From NCBI GenBank assembly GCA_030658975.1, contig JAUSBL010000055.1:971-64970 (forward strand): 64,000 nt of DNA, read 5' to 3'. Positions 1 through 8,435 of this stretch are shown one piece after another; the stretch's first letter is position 1; each line of letters begins with the position of its first letter. The position numbers were made by a program, and so were the translations under genes. The notes beneath the pieces were generated by a model, which had not been told where the DNA came from, ran no database searches, and was given only the letters and a program-made list of their open reading frames with translations. The DNA comes from Candidatus Latescibacterota bacterium (GTDB lineage: Bacteria > Krumholzibacteriota > Krumholzibacteriia > LZORAL124-64-63).

Positions 1-702
1 CAGACCCGCCAGCAGCCAGCGCTCCTGGTCGGCCGCCGTGGAGCGCGGCAGCACCGGCGTCAGCAGGTCGGCGGCGTTGTCGACGAGCACGCCGGTCGGC
101 TCGCCCTGCGCGTCGCGCAGGATGCGGCCGCCCTCGGGGTCCGGCGTCGCGGCCGTGATGCCCGCGAGGTCCAGCATGGCCCGGTTGACCCACGAGGCGT
201 GGCCGTCGACGCGGCGCAGCACCATCGGCCGCGCGCCGGCGCCCTCGAGGTCGCGCCAGGTCGGGAACGCGCCGCCGGGCCAGCGGCTCTGGTCCCAGCC
301 GCGGCCGCGGACCACCGCGACGTCGGGGTTCGCCGCGGCCCAGGCCGCGACCAGGTCGCGCGCTTCGAGGGCCGAGCGCGCCTCTTCCAGCGCCGCCTGC
401 TCGCAGCGCTTGCCGATGCCCGAGACGTGCAGGTGCGCGTCGTGCAGGCCCGGCAGGGCCAGCGCTCCCGGCAGCTCCACGATCTCCCAGGGCGTGTCGC
501 GCGGCACGACGCCGTAGGTCTCCAGGATGCGGCCGTCGGCGCCCACGGCCACGGCCGCGGCCTCGGGCAGCGCGGGGTCGCCGGTCCAGAAGACCGGGCC
601 GGTGTAGATGCGGACCATGGTGTCGGTCTCCTCGTTGATGGCGGCGGCGCCGGCAGCTACGACAACCAGCGATACAGTCACGAGCAAGGCGAAGCGCTTC
701 AT
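1..702 (-). CDS. Amidohydrolase-family (YtcJ/amidohydrolase_3-like) secreted protein, N-terminal part only; the C-terminus lies beyond the window edge
   Basis: Own reverse-strand translation (not in ORF track because it is open at the edge): MKRFALLVTVSLVVVAAGAAA signal-like N-term, then ELPGALALPGLHDAHLHVSGIG (HxH metal motif of amidohydrolases). GGGGAGA SD lies 4 nt upstream of the ATG at 702. Confidence 0.7.
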   Translation of the reverse strand, partial: MKRFALLVTVSLVVVAAGAAAINEETDTMVRIYTGPVFWTGDPALPEAAAVAVGADGRILETYGVVPRDTPWEIVELPGALALPGLHDAHLHVSGIGKRCEQAALEEARSALEARDLVAAWAAANPDVAVVRGRGWDQSRWPGGAFPTWRDLEGAGARPMVLRRVDGHASWVNRAMLDLAGITAATPDPEGGRILRDAQGEPTGVLVDNAADLLTPVLPRSTAADQERWLLAGL

Positions 703-713
703 CACGTCTCCCC

Positions 714-2339
714 CTAGTATGGCAACGCCGTCGCCAGCGAATCCGCCGCCGCCCGCGGCAGCCTGAACTGCTCCGGCCGCAGCTCCAGCACCGCGTCGCG
801 CCACGCCTGCGGGTAGCCGACCTCGCGCTCGCGCCCGTTCTCGATGACGTAGCCGTCGTTGTACTTCGCGATCAGCGCGCCGGCCAGGACCTGCCAGCGC
901 GCGGCGACGCGTTCGGCCTCCCCCACGCTGTAGGTCGTCAGGTAGCGCGCGCAGAGCGCGGGGTCCTGCGCGTGCAGGCGCGCCGCCGTCGCCTCGACCG
1001 CGGGCTGCATCGCGATCAGCCCGCCCTCGAGCTCGCGCTGGGCGGCGCGGATGTCCTCGATCATGTACGAGTACTTCAGGCCGGCGTAGTTGGCCACGAG
1101 GTTGAACACCCACCAGCCGGAGTCCCAGGAGAACTCCTCGAGCGCGCCCCGCGCGAAGGACGGCGGCACGTCGGTGATCCCGGCGTAGAGCGGGAACCAG
1201 ACCGTCGTGTCGGTGTCGTCGACGCCGTACCACAGGCAGCCGCCGACGGGGTCGGGCAGCCCGCGCCGGCTCTGCGCGATGTGGGAGAAACCGGTCTGCT
1301 GCGTCGAGATGGGCCGCTCCCAGGAGTAGGTTTCGCCATCCTGTTCCCAGGCCATCGGCCGCCAGCGGTCGGGGCAGCCGAAGGGCCCGGCGTCCACGCC
1401 CTGCGTCATGTCGTAGTCGGTGCCCTCGTAGTGGTCGCGCATCAGGGACATGACGTCGGCCAGGGCCAGCTTGCGGTCGGGCTTCACGAACAGCGGGTAG
1501 TCCTCGGCGCCGGCGACGCCGCGGTGGAAGTCGGGGCTCAGCTCCAGCGACGGCGCCGCCCGGCGCAGCAGGCTCCAGACGCGCGTCGCGGTGTAGCGCT
1601 TCTTCTGCGCGGTGGCCGGGCAGTAGACCTCGCTGAAGTTGAACGGGACGCCGGCGCGCGGGTCGTACCAGCCGCGTGCCTCGGCCACGCTGAACACATT
1701 GCGCGAGAAGAGGCAGTTCTGCGGGTCGTCGGTGGGGAAGGTGCCGATGCGGGCCAGGTTGGCGTGGGCCGAGACGGTGCCGTCGGGCAGCCGCCGCGCC
1801 ACCCAGACCGCGCCGCCGCTGCCCGCCCCGGCGCCGATCATCTCCAGCAGCCAGCACTCGCGCGGATCGCTGAGGGAAAACGACTCGCCGGTGCTGCGGT
1901 AGCCGTGGGTCTCGATCAGCGAGGTGATCACCTCGACCGCCTCGCGCGCGGTGCGCGCGCGCTGCAGGGCGAGGGTCATGAGGTTCCAGTAGTGCAGGCC
2001 GCCCGTCTCGTCCAGCAGTTCGGGCCGGCCGTCGAAGGTGGTCTCGCCGACCGCCACCTGGTGCTCGTTCATCAGGCCGACGACCGCGTAGGTGTGCGCC
2101 GGCCAGGGGATGCTCGCCGTCACGGTGCCGTCCCAGTAGCGCACCTCCTGCATCTCGCCGGGCGCGTGGTCGGCCGCCGGGATGCGCCGCAGGATGGGGT
2201 GGAACTCCCCGTCGCAGGTGTAGGTGATGAAGGCCGACCCGTCCGCCGAGGCGCCGGGGGTGACCAGCAGGTTGGTGCACGCCGCGGCGGGAGCGGCGGC
2301 CAGAGCCAGCAGCAGCGCGAAGGCGAGGTACGGGCGCAT
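714..2339 (-). CDS. Peptidase family C69 dipeptidase (Ntn-Cys hydrolase), secreted
   Basis: 541-aa ORF. Signal peptide MRPYLAFALLLALAAAPAAA is followed directly by CTNLLV (N-terminal nucleophile Cys typical of C69). Blocks HYWNLMTLALQR and ECWLLEMIGAG are present. Confidence 0.8.
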   Translation of the reverse strand: MRPYLAFALLLALAAAPAAACTNLLVTPGASADGSAFITYTCDGEFHPILRRIPAADHAPGEMQEVRYWDGTVTASIPWPAHTYAVVGLMNEHQVAVGETTFDGRPELLDETGGLHYWNLMTLALQRARTAREAVEVITSLIETHGYRSTGESFSLSDPRECWLLEMIGAGAGSGGAVWVARRLPDGTVSAHANLARIGTFPTDDPQNCLFSRNVFSVAEARGWYDPRAGVPFNFSEVYCPATAQKKRYTATRVWSLLRRAAPSLELSPDFHRGVAGAEDYPLFVKPDRKLALADVMSLMRDHYEGTDYDMTQGVDAGPFGCPDRWRPMAWEQDGETYSWERPISTQQTGFSHIAQSRRGLPDPVGGCLWYGVDDTDTTVWFPLYAGITDVPPSFARGALEEFSWDSGWWVFNLVANYAGLKYSYMIEDIRAAQRELEGGLIAMQPAVEATAARLHAQDPALCARYLTTYSVGEAERVAARWQVLAGALIAKYNDGYVIENGREREVGYPQAWRDAVLELRPEQFRLPRAAADSLATALPY

Positions 2340-2404
2340 GGCGATCCTCCGGGTGTGGGGCCGCCGGGATCATACCGCCGCGCGGCCGGTGGGGAAACCT
2401 CGGA

Positions 2405-2444
2405 TGAAGGGCGAGAAGAAGGCCCCGGCCGTGGCCGGGGCCTT
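2405..2444 (-). terminator. Intrinsic terminator-like hairpin downstream of the cytochrome gene
   Basis: AAGGCCCCGGCC / GGCCGGGGCCTT stem (2419-2444), followed on the minus strand by CUUCUCGCCCUUC. It lies 25 nt after the stop at 2469. Confidence 0.5.
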
Positions 2445-2468
2445 CCCGCTATCCGGGGAACGGTCGCG

Positions 2469-5114
2469 TCACTTCAACAGGGTCATCTTGCGCAGCTCGC
2501 GCGCGTCGCTCGTGCGCAGCTCCGCCACGTAGACGCCCGAAGCCGCCGCGCGGCCGTCGCCGTCGCGGCCGTCCCAGGTCGCGACGTGCTCGCCCGCGGC
2601 CAGCGTCTCAGCGACCAGGCCGCGCACCAGGCGGCCCCGCTCGTCGAAGATCCGCAGGCTGACGCGGCCCTGCCGCGCCACGGTGAACCGCAGCTCCGTC
2701 GACGGGTTGAACGGGTTCGGCGCCGCCGGCGCCAGGGCGGTCCGCCAGTTCGGCACCTCGCCCGCCCCGGTCGAGGCCAGGACGAGCTGTTCGGAGCCCA
2801 TGATCACCGGCGCCGCGCGGCCCTGGGCGACCCAGGCGTCGTACAGTTCCTGGCCCAGGGTGTTGGTCGTGTTCGCATCGCGCAGGAACTCGACGTACTC
2901 CTTCGAGATGCTCTGGTAGTAGAGCGTCACCTCGACGATGCTCGCGCCGTCGGGCAGGTCGTAGAGCGTGTCATCCCAGAACTGCCCGTCCTGGTAGCCG
3001 CCGTAGCCGACCACCGGCGACTGCACGGCCTCCAGTTCGGCCAGCGAGGCGCCGCGCGGCGGGATGCGGTTGTCCATGAAGACCGTGTCGTTGAGCACGA
3101 AGTGGAACGAGGGACCCGCGTCGATGCCGAGGATCGCGCCGAGGCGGTGCGAGGTGCCGGGCTCGATGTGGAAGATCTTCGCTTGCGGGTCGTGGTTCAG
3201 CGTGCCGGTGGCCGGGTCGTAGGCGCCCGACTCGTAGATCAGGTTCGACTGGTCGTCGAAAGCCCGCACGTTGATCCAGATGCGCCGGCCTTCCGGGTAC
3301 CCGCTGGGCAGCTTGTGGGCCGTCTCGTTGGTGACGCGCACCGTCACGCCCGGTCCACCGCCGACGGGCGACTCGAAGACCTCGAGCGTGGCCGCCATCT
3401 GCAGCATCGCCGTGACCCGCGCCTTGCCCGCGTTGAGGGCCGTCTGGTCGAATTCGCCCGGGAACCAGGTGGGGATGAGGTCGGGCACGAAGTGGTTGCC
3501 GCCGGTGAGGTCGTGCACGCCGAGGTCGGTGCGGATCGGCCCCGTGGTGGCGCCGCGCCCGGTCGCGTCGGCCATGTGGCAGTCCTGGCAGGTGGAGACG
3601 ATGCCGCCCGGCTTCACGCCGGCGAACTGCGGCGCGTAGACGCCGCCCTCGGCGTAGGCGCTGACCGACCACTCGCTGAACGTGCGCTCGACCGGGAACA
3701 TGTTGCGCGTGTTCCCGTCGGGATGCGGCGCGTCGAGTTCCTGCACGACGTACTCGCCGGGCGCCGTACCGGCGACGAAGGCCGGGTTGCTCACGTCGTG
3801 GCAGGTGCCGCACAGGTTGGCGGTGCGGTGGAAGGCCGAGTCCAGGAACTGGTGCGAGGCCTGGGCGTCCGCGTAGGGCCCGCGGCGGATCGGATCGGGA
3901 TCGGACACGGACTGGCCGTTGCCGTAGCCGAGCACCGGCGCGTCGAGCCGGGCCAGGATGGCCTCGTCCACGGCGGGGCTGACCCCCGGCTGGTAGATCG
4001 GATCGACCGCGCGGTGGCAGTAGTCGCACTGCACGCCCTGGCGATCCTTCGCCGTGATCATGCCGCCGGAGGTGTCGGTGGAGCGGCCCTCCTGCCAGCC
4101 GCCCGGGGTGTGGCAGCGCAGGCAGAGGTCGCCCGAGGCGGGCGCGTCCTGCTCGGCGATGACCATCGTCGCGGCGAAGACGGGGTCGCGCATGGTGTTG
4201 CCCATCATGCTGCCGCGCCAGTTGGACCAGGGCTCCACGGCCGCGCTGTAGCCGCCGTGGCAGGTCGAACAGGTGCCGTCGGGATTGTCGTACACGCCCG
4301 CGCCGAAGGGCTGCGTGCCGGGCAGGCGGAAGTCGCGCAGCGTGGTGGGCGCGACGCCGCCGACGTGCGGTTCGATCGTGAAGTCGGAGGGGCTGTCGCC
4401 GTGACCGGCGTTGCCGGCCGCGTCGCGGGCGTGGACCCGGATCCGCGACGTCGCGCCCGGCAGGTTGGGCACGAACCAGGCGTAGCTGCTCGAGGCTGGC
4501 AGGTTGCGGGCCACGGTCTCCCAGTGGACGCCGCCGTCCTCGCTCAGGGAGATGTCGATCGCGGCGATGCCGCTCGGGTCGGTCGCGGCCCAGGTCAGCG
4601 TCTCGGTCGTGTTCGGTACGACGCTCTCGCCGCCCGCCGGCCAGGTCACCGTGACCAGCGGCGGATCGACGTCCAGCCCGCCGGACGGCGTCAGGTGGTC
4701 GATCAGGTCGGCCTGGTTCACGTTCAGCGCGGCGCCCACGTTGGAAGCCTTGAGCCCGGGGAAGGTGGGCGTGTTCGAGAAGTTCACCGTGTCGGTGATC
4801 TCGATCAGCGCAGAGAATCCGTCGTTGTCCGCGTCCTGCGGCTCGGCGGCGGCGACCGCCGCGGCGTTGGAGAGGCCGTTGTTCACGCCGACTTCCACGG
4901 CGAGCCCGTAGGGGTTGCGCGGACCGCCGCCGCTGAAATCGAAGTGGCACACGCCGCAGTGGTTGGCGCGGGACGGCAGATCGTCCAGCACGCTGTTCAC
5001 CGCGGCGGGGTACCGGTTGAAGAAGGCGTTGCGGATCGGGTTGCGGGCCTGGGCCGCGCCGGCAGCGACGAGGCACAGCGCGAGCAGACAGAACCAGAGG
5101 CGAGTGCAGCGCAT
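2469..5114 (-). CDS. Secreted hexaheme c-type cytochrome with BNR-like repeat region and C-terminal FlgD-Ig/T9SS-type sorting domain
   Basis: Six CxxCH motifs: CGVCH, CSTCH, CLRCH, CDYCH, CGTCH, CQDCH. Signal peptide MRCTRLWFCLLALCLVAAGAAQA. Start moved to ATG 5114 because AAGGAG lies 7 nt upstream (the track start 5147 adds 11 aa). The tail reads PNPFNPSTELRF...SGVYVAEL...KMTLLK. Confidence 0.85.
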   Translation of the reverse strand: MRCTRLWFCLLALCLVAAGAAQARNPIRNAFFNRYPAAVNSVLDDLPSRANHCGVCHFDFSGGGPRNPYGLAVEVGVNNGLSNAAAVAAAEPQDADNDGFSALIEITDTVNFSNTPTFPGLKASNVGAALNVNQADLIDHLTPSGGLDVDPPLVTVTWPAGGESVVPNTTETLTWAATDPSGIAAIDISLSEDGGVHWETVARNLPASSSYAWFVPNLPGATSRIRVHARDAAGNAGHGDSPSDFTIEPHVGGVAPTTLRDFRLPGTQPFGAGVYDNPDGTCSTCHGGYSAAVEPWSNWRGSMMGNTMRDPVFAATMVIAEQDAPASGDLCLRCHTPGGWQEGRSTDTSGGMITAKDRQGVQCDYCHRAVDPIYQPGVSPAVDEAILARLDAPVLGYGNGQSVSDPDPIRRGPYADAQASHQFLDSAFHRTANLCGTCHDVSNPAFVAGTAPGEYVVQELDAPHPDGNTRNMFPVERTFSEWSVSAYAEGGVYAPQFAGVKPGGIVSTCQDCHMADATGRGATTGPIRTDLGVHDLTGGNHFVPDLIPTWFPGEFDQTALNAGKARVTAMLQMAATLEVFESPVGGGPGVTVRVTNETAHKLPSGYPEGRRIWINVRAFDDQSNLIYESGAYDPATGTLNHDPQAKIFHIEPGTSHRLGAILGIDAGPSFHFVLNDTVFMDNRIPPRGASLAELEAVQSPVVGYGGYQDGQFWDDTLYDLPDGASIVEVTLYYQSISKEYVEFLRDANTTNTLGQELYDAWVAQGRAAPVIMGSEQLVLASTGAGEVPNWRTALAPAAPNPFNPSTELRFTVARQGRVSLRIFDERGRLVRGLVAETLAAGEHVATWDGRDGDGRAAASGVYVAELRTSDARELRKMTLLK

Positions 5115-5391
5115 GTCAGTCTCCTTCGGAGATTGGCTGCGGGACACTCCGGAGCGGCAGAGATCCCGGGCGAGAACGGATCATCAAGAACCAACCAAGG
5201 GGAAATTGTAACGGAAGTATCACGGAGATTCCAGATAATGATATGATGACATCAATATTCAGTATCTAAATGCAAGTCACCGCCGTGGACCGCAATGACG
5301 GTTGATCCGGCCAGGGCCCTGTGACAAATTCCGGCCGTGCGGGCCCAACGCGGCCCACCTCTGCCCTCCACAGCGAACCACGGAACCAGAC

Positions 5392-7065
5392 GTGACCAAC
5401 CTGTCGAATCTGGCCGACCGCCCCCGCACCGCCGCCGCCATCGTCGCTCTCGCGGCCGCGCTGGTCTACGCGGGCACGCTGGGCCACGCCCTGGTCTGGG
5501 ACGACGCCAACGTCCTGGCCGGCATGCGCGAGGCCGCCGCGCGCGGCCCGGGCGCCCTGCTCGGGGCGGAGTTCCTCGCCGACACCGGCTACCACCGTCC
5601 CGTCGTGCTGTTGAGCCTGCGGCTCGACGATCTGCTCGGCGGCGGCGCGGTCTTCGTGTTCCACCTGACCAACGTGCTGCTGCACCTCGCCGCGTCCGTG
5701 CTGACGCTCCTGCTGCTGCGCGCGTGGCTGCGCAACGACGCGGCCGCCCTGGCCGGCGCCCTGGTCTTCGCGGTCCACCCCGCGCACGTGGAGTCGGTGG
5801 CCTTCGTGTCGGGCCGCACCGACCTCTGGGTCACGGTGCTCGGACTCGCCGCGGCTCTGGCCTGGACGTGGTGGCGGCGCGGCGCGCGCCGTGCCGGGCC
5901 GGCGGCGCTGCTGCTGTTCCTGCTGTCGCTGTTCGCCAAAGAATCCGCCTACCTGCTGCCCGCGGCGCTGCTCGTGATCTCGGCCCTGCTCCCGCAGGAC
6001 GCGCGCGACCCGCGCCCCTGGTGGCGTCGCCAGGCCGGCTGGCTGGGCGTGGCCGTCGTGACGATGGCCGTCGCCGCGGCGCTGCGCGTCGGCGTTGCCG
6101 GGGTGGGCTTCGGCGAGGGCGCGGCGACGGCCGGCAGCCGCCTCGGCGCCGATCTCACCACGCGCCTGGGTCACCTGCCCGCGCTCGCGGCCTGGTACCT
6201 GCGGCTGCTGCTGGTCCCCTGGCCCCTGAACGCCTACTGGTCCGTGCAACACCTCGCTCCGGGCGTCCTGACCTGGGCGGCGGCGGTCACGGCGGTCGGC
6301 GTCGTGGCGCTCGCGCGCCGCGGCGGCGCGGCCGGCCTGGCCTGGACGTTCATCTTCCTGCTGCCGGTGCTGGGGTTCGCGCCCCTGCAGGGGGCGCCCT
6401 TCGCGGAGCGCTTCCTCTACCTGCCGTCGTTCGGCTGGTGCCTGGTCGCGGGCGCACTGTTCGCGAGGGCGGCGGACGCCGGCCGTCGCCGCGCCGCGAC
6501 GGTGACGGCGGCGGTCGTCGTGGCGCTTCTGACCACCGCGACGCTGACGCGCGTCCCGGTCTGGAAGGACAACGTCACGCTGTTCGACGACATGGCGCGC
6601 CGCTCCCCCGGCGAGTACGTCGTGCAGCACGACCTCGGCGCCGCCCTGCACCTCGCCGGCGACCGGGCCGGTTCGCTGGCCGCCTACCGCCGGGCGGTCG
6701 CCCTGGCGCCGACCCACGAACCGTCGCTGCGCGCGCTCGGCGTGGCCGAAGGCGCCGCCGGCAACCTCGACGCGTCGTACGACCTGCTGCGGCGCGCCGT
6801 GGCCGCCGATCCCCGGCGCCCCGAGGCCCACTGCAACTTCGCCGTGATCGCCGCACACCGCGGCGAGCTCGGGCTGGCCGAGACCCACTACCGACGCGCG
6901 CTCGAATTGCGCCCGGACTACGCCCTCGCGCTGGCTGGCCTCTGCGAGACACTCGCCGCCCGCGGCGACGCCGATGGCGCGCGCCGCCACCTCGCGGCGC
7001 TCCAGCGCCTGGACCCGCGTCTGGCCGCCGAGACGCAGCGCCGGCTCACGGGAACGTCGCCGTGA
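5392..7065 (+). CDS. Polytopic membrane protein with C-terminal TPR repeats (TMTC / GT39-like putative glycosyltransferase)
   Basis: ORF 5302-7065. Hydrophobic N-terminal two-thirds with FVFHLTNVLLHLAA, AVHPAHVESVAFVSGRTDL and FLYLPSFGW blocks, then TPR-like ALAP/ALELRPDYA repeats. GTG 5392 is preferred as start (VTNLSNLADR); the exact start is uncertain. Confidence 0.7.
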   Translation: MTNLSNLADRPRTAAAIVALAAALVYAGTLGHALVWDDANVLAGMREAAARGPGALLGAEFLADTGYHRPVVLLSLRLDDLLGGGAVFVFHLTNVLLHLAASVLTLLLLRAWLRNDAAALAGALVFAVHPAHVESVAFVSGRTDLWVTVLGLAAALAWTWWRRGARRAGPAALLLFLLSLFAKESAYLLPAALLVISALLPQDARDPRPWWRRQAGWLGVAVVTMAVAAALRVGVAGVGFGEGAATAGSRLGADLTTRLGHLPALAAWYLRLLLVPWPLNAYWSVQHLAPGVLTWAAAVTAVGVVALARRGGAAGLAWTFIFLLPVLGFAPLQGAPFAERFLYLPSFGWCLVAGALFARAADAGRRRAATVTAAVVVALLTTATLTRVPVWKDNVTLFDDMARRSPGEYVVQHDLGAALHLAGDRAGSLAAYRRAVALAPTHEPSLRALGVAEGAAGNLDASYDLLRRAVAADPRRPEAHCNFAVIAAHRGELGLAETHYRRALELRPDYALALAGLCETLAARGDADGARRHLAALQRLDPRLAAETQRRLTGTSP

Positions 7066-7496
7066 TCCGCATCCTGGCCGTCGGCAAGCTCAAGGACGCG
7101 CGGCTGGCCGGACTCGCGGCGGATTTCGCGCAGCGGATCCGTCCCTGGTCCGACCTCGAGATCGTCGAACTGAAGGACCAGGGTCCCGAACGCGAAGCCG
7201 CGGCCATGCTGGCGCGCCTCGGCCCCCCCTCGGGCCACGGCCTGACCATCGCCCTGGACGAACGCGGCGCGACCGCCACCTCGCACGAGCTGTCCGCCCT
7301 GCTCGGCGCGCACGGGTCGCTCACCTTCCTGATCGGCGGACCGGACGGCCTGGGCCCGGCGGCCCGTGCGCGCGCCGACCGCATCCTGTCCCTGTCACCG
7401 CTGACCTTCACCCACGAAACCGCCCGCTTCCTGCTCCTGGAGCAGATCTACCGCGGCCTGGCCATCCTGCGCGGCCATCCCTACCACCGCGACTGA
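7062..7496 (+). CDS. rlmH: 23S rRNA (pseudouridine1915-N3)-methyltransferase RlmH (SPOUT)
   Basis: In-frame tail of ORF 5337-7496: VIRILAVGKLKD...LTFLIGGPDGL...LSLSPLTFTHETARFLLLEQIYR. The GTG start overlaps the upstream stop (GTGA at 7062-7065). Confidence 0.85.
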   Translation: MIRILAVGKLKDARLAGLAADFAQRIRPWSDLEIVELKDQGPEREAAAMLARLGPPSGHGLTIALDERGATATSHELSALLGAHGSLTFLIGGPDGLGPAARARADRILSLSPLTFTHETARFLLLEQIYRGLAILRGHPYHRD

Positions 7497-7548
7497 CGGC
7501 AAATCATTGATCTCTTCGGAGGGCCGGGCTATGGTCGTGGCACGAACT

Positions 7549-7597
7549 GCCCCCGGGCGCGGACAAAGCCCTTTCCGCGCCCGGGGGCGTTCTCTAT
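7549..7597 (+). terminator. Intrinsic terminator after rlmH
   Basis: Perfect 15-bp stem GCCCCCGGGCGCGGA (7549-7563) / TCCGCGCCCGGGGGC (7574-7588), then GUUCUCUAU. Confidence 0.65.
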
Positions 7598-7689
7598 ACT
7601 GGGAACCCGTGACGCGGGCGGGACGTTGAGGTCCCTTTCCGCAGGCGATTCCCGGAGCCGTCGCGCACCACCGAAGGCGAGCGTCAGCC

Positions 7690-8421
7690 ATGATCCCAGT
7701 CCTTCGTCGTGTCCTCGCGCCGGCCGCGCTGGCGCTGCTGCTGGCCGGTCCGTCCGCCGGCGCCACCCTGCTGCTGACCGGCACTCCCGGCGCCGGGATC
7801 CTGCTCGACGGCCGCCCGCTCGGCGCGCTGCCGCTGGAGGCCCTGGAGCTGGCCCCGGGCACGCACACGCTTTCGGCGACGATGCGGGGGATGCTGCCCC
7901 TGGACGTCGAGGTGCGGATCGATGAGCAGGACGCGGTGGTCCGCCAGCACCTGCGCCTGCAGCCCATGAGCCGCCGCGACGCCGTTGCCTACAGCCTGGT
8001 GCTGGCCGGGCTGGGCCAGCGCTACGAGGGCCGGCCCGTGCTGGGCTGGGCCCTGACCGCCGCGGAAGTCGGCGGACTGCTGACGGCCCTGGCAGGGGAG
8101 CTGGCCGTGCAGAACCATCGCGACGATTACGAACTCGCCATGGCGAATTACCGCGACGCGCTGCTGCCCGGCGACATCGCGTTCTATCATGCCCAGGCCG
8201 ACGAGGCGTGGACCGCCGCCGACGACGCAGGCAAGCTGCGCGACACCGCCGCGGCCGTCGCCGTCGGGGCCGTCGTCATCAGCGTGCTCGACGCCTGGCT
8301 GCGCTTCCCGTCGCTCGAGGCCGGGGCCGGCCCGGCGCCCGCGCCGCCGCCGGAGTTCGCGACCGGCGCCGGGGCGGCATCCGCGACCGGATTCCACGTG
8401 GGTTGGAGCCTGCGGTGGTGA
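7690..8421 (+). CDS. PEGA-like domain membrane protein, function unknown
   Basis: 243-aa ORF. Signal peptide, then TLLLTGTPGAGILLDGRPLG...LAPGTHTL (PEGA-type beta motif), followed by two hydrophobic segments. Confidence 0.5.
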   Translation: MIPVLRRVLAPAALALLLAGPSAGATLLLTGTPGAGILLDGRPLGALPLEALELAPGTHTLSATMRGMLPLDVEVRIDEQDAVVRQHLRLQPMSRRDAVAYSLVLAGLGQRYEGRPVLGWALTAAEVGGLLTALAGELAVQNHRDDYELAMANYRDALLPGDIAFYHAQADEAWTAADDAGKLRDTAAAVAVGAVVISVLDAWLRFPSLEAGAGPAPAPPPEFATGAGAASATGFHVGWSLRW

Positions 8422-8435
8422 CGAAAGGACCGACG

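Noticed and set aside
972-5246. 1424-aa plus-strand ORF, plus many other long Arg/Ala/Gly/Pro-rich ORFs in the track (e.g. 5266-6990, 8187-9902, 18409-20061, 23915-26326, 27376-29604, 42408-44819, 48616-50727)
   Set aside because: These are antisense or off-frame shadow ORFs expected in ~70% GC DNA. Their composition is low-complexity and they carry no motifs. Each is fully overlapped by a motif-rich gene in another frame or on the other strand.
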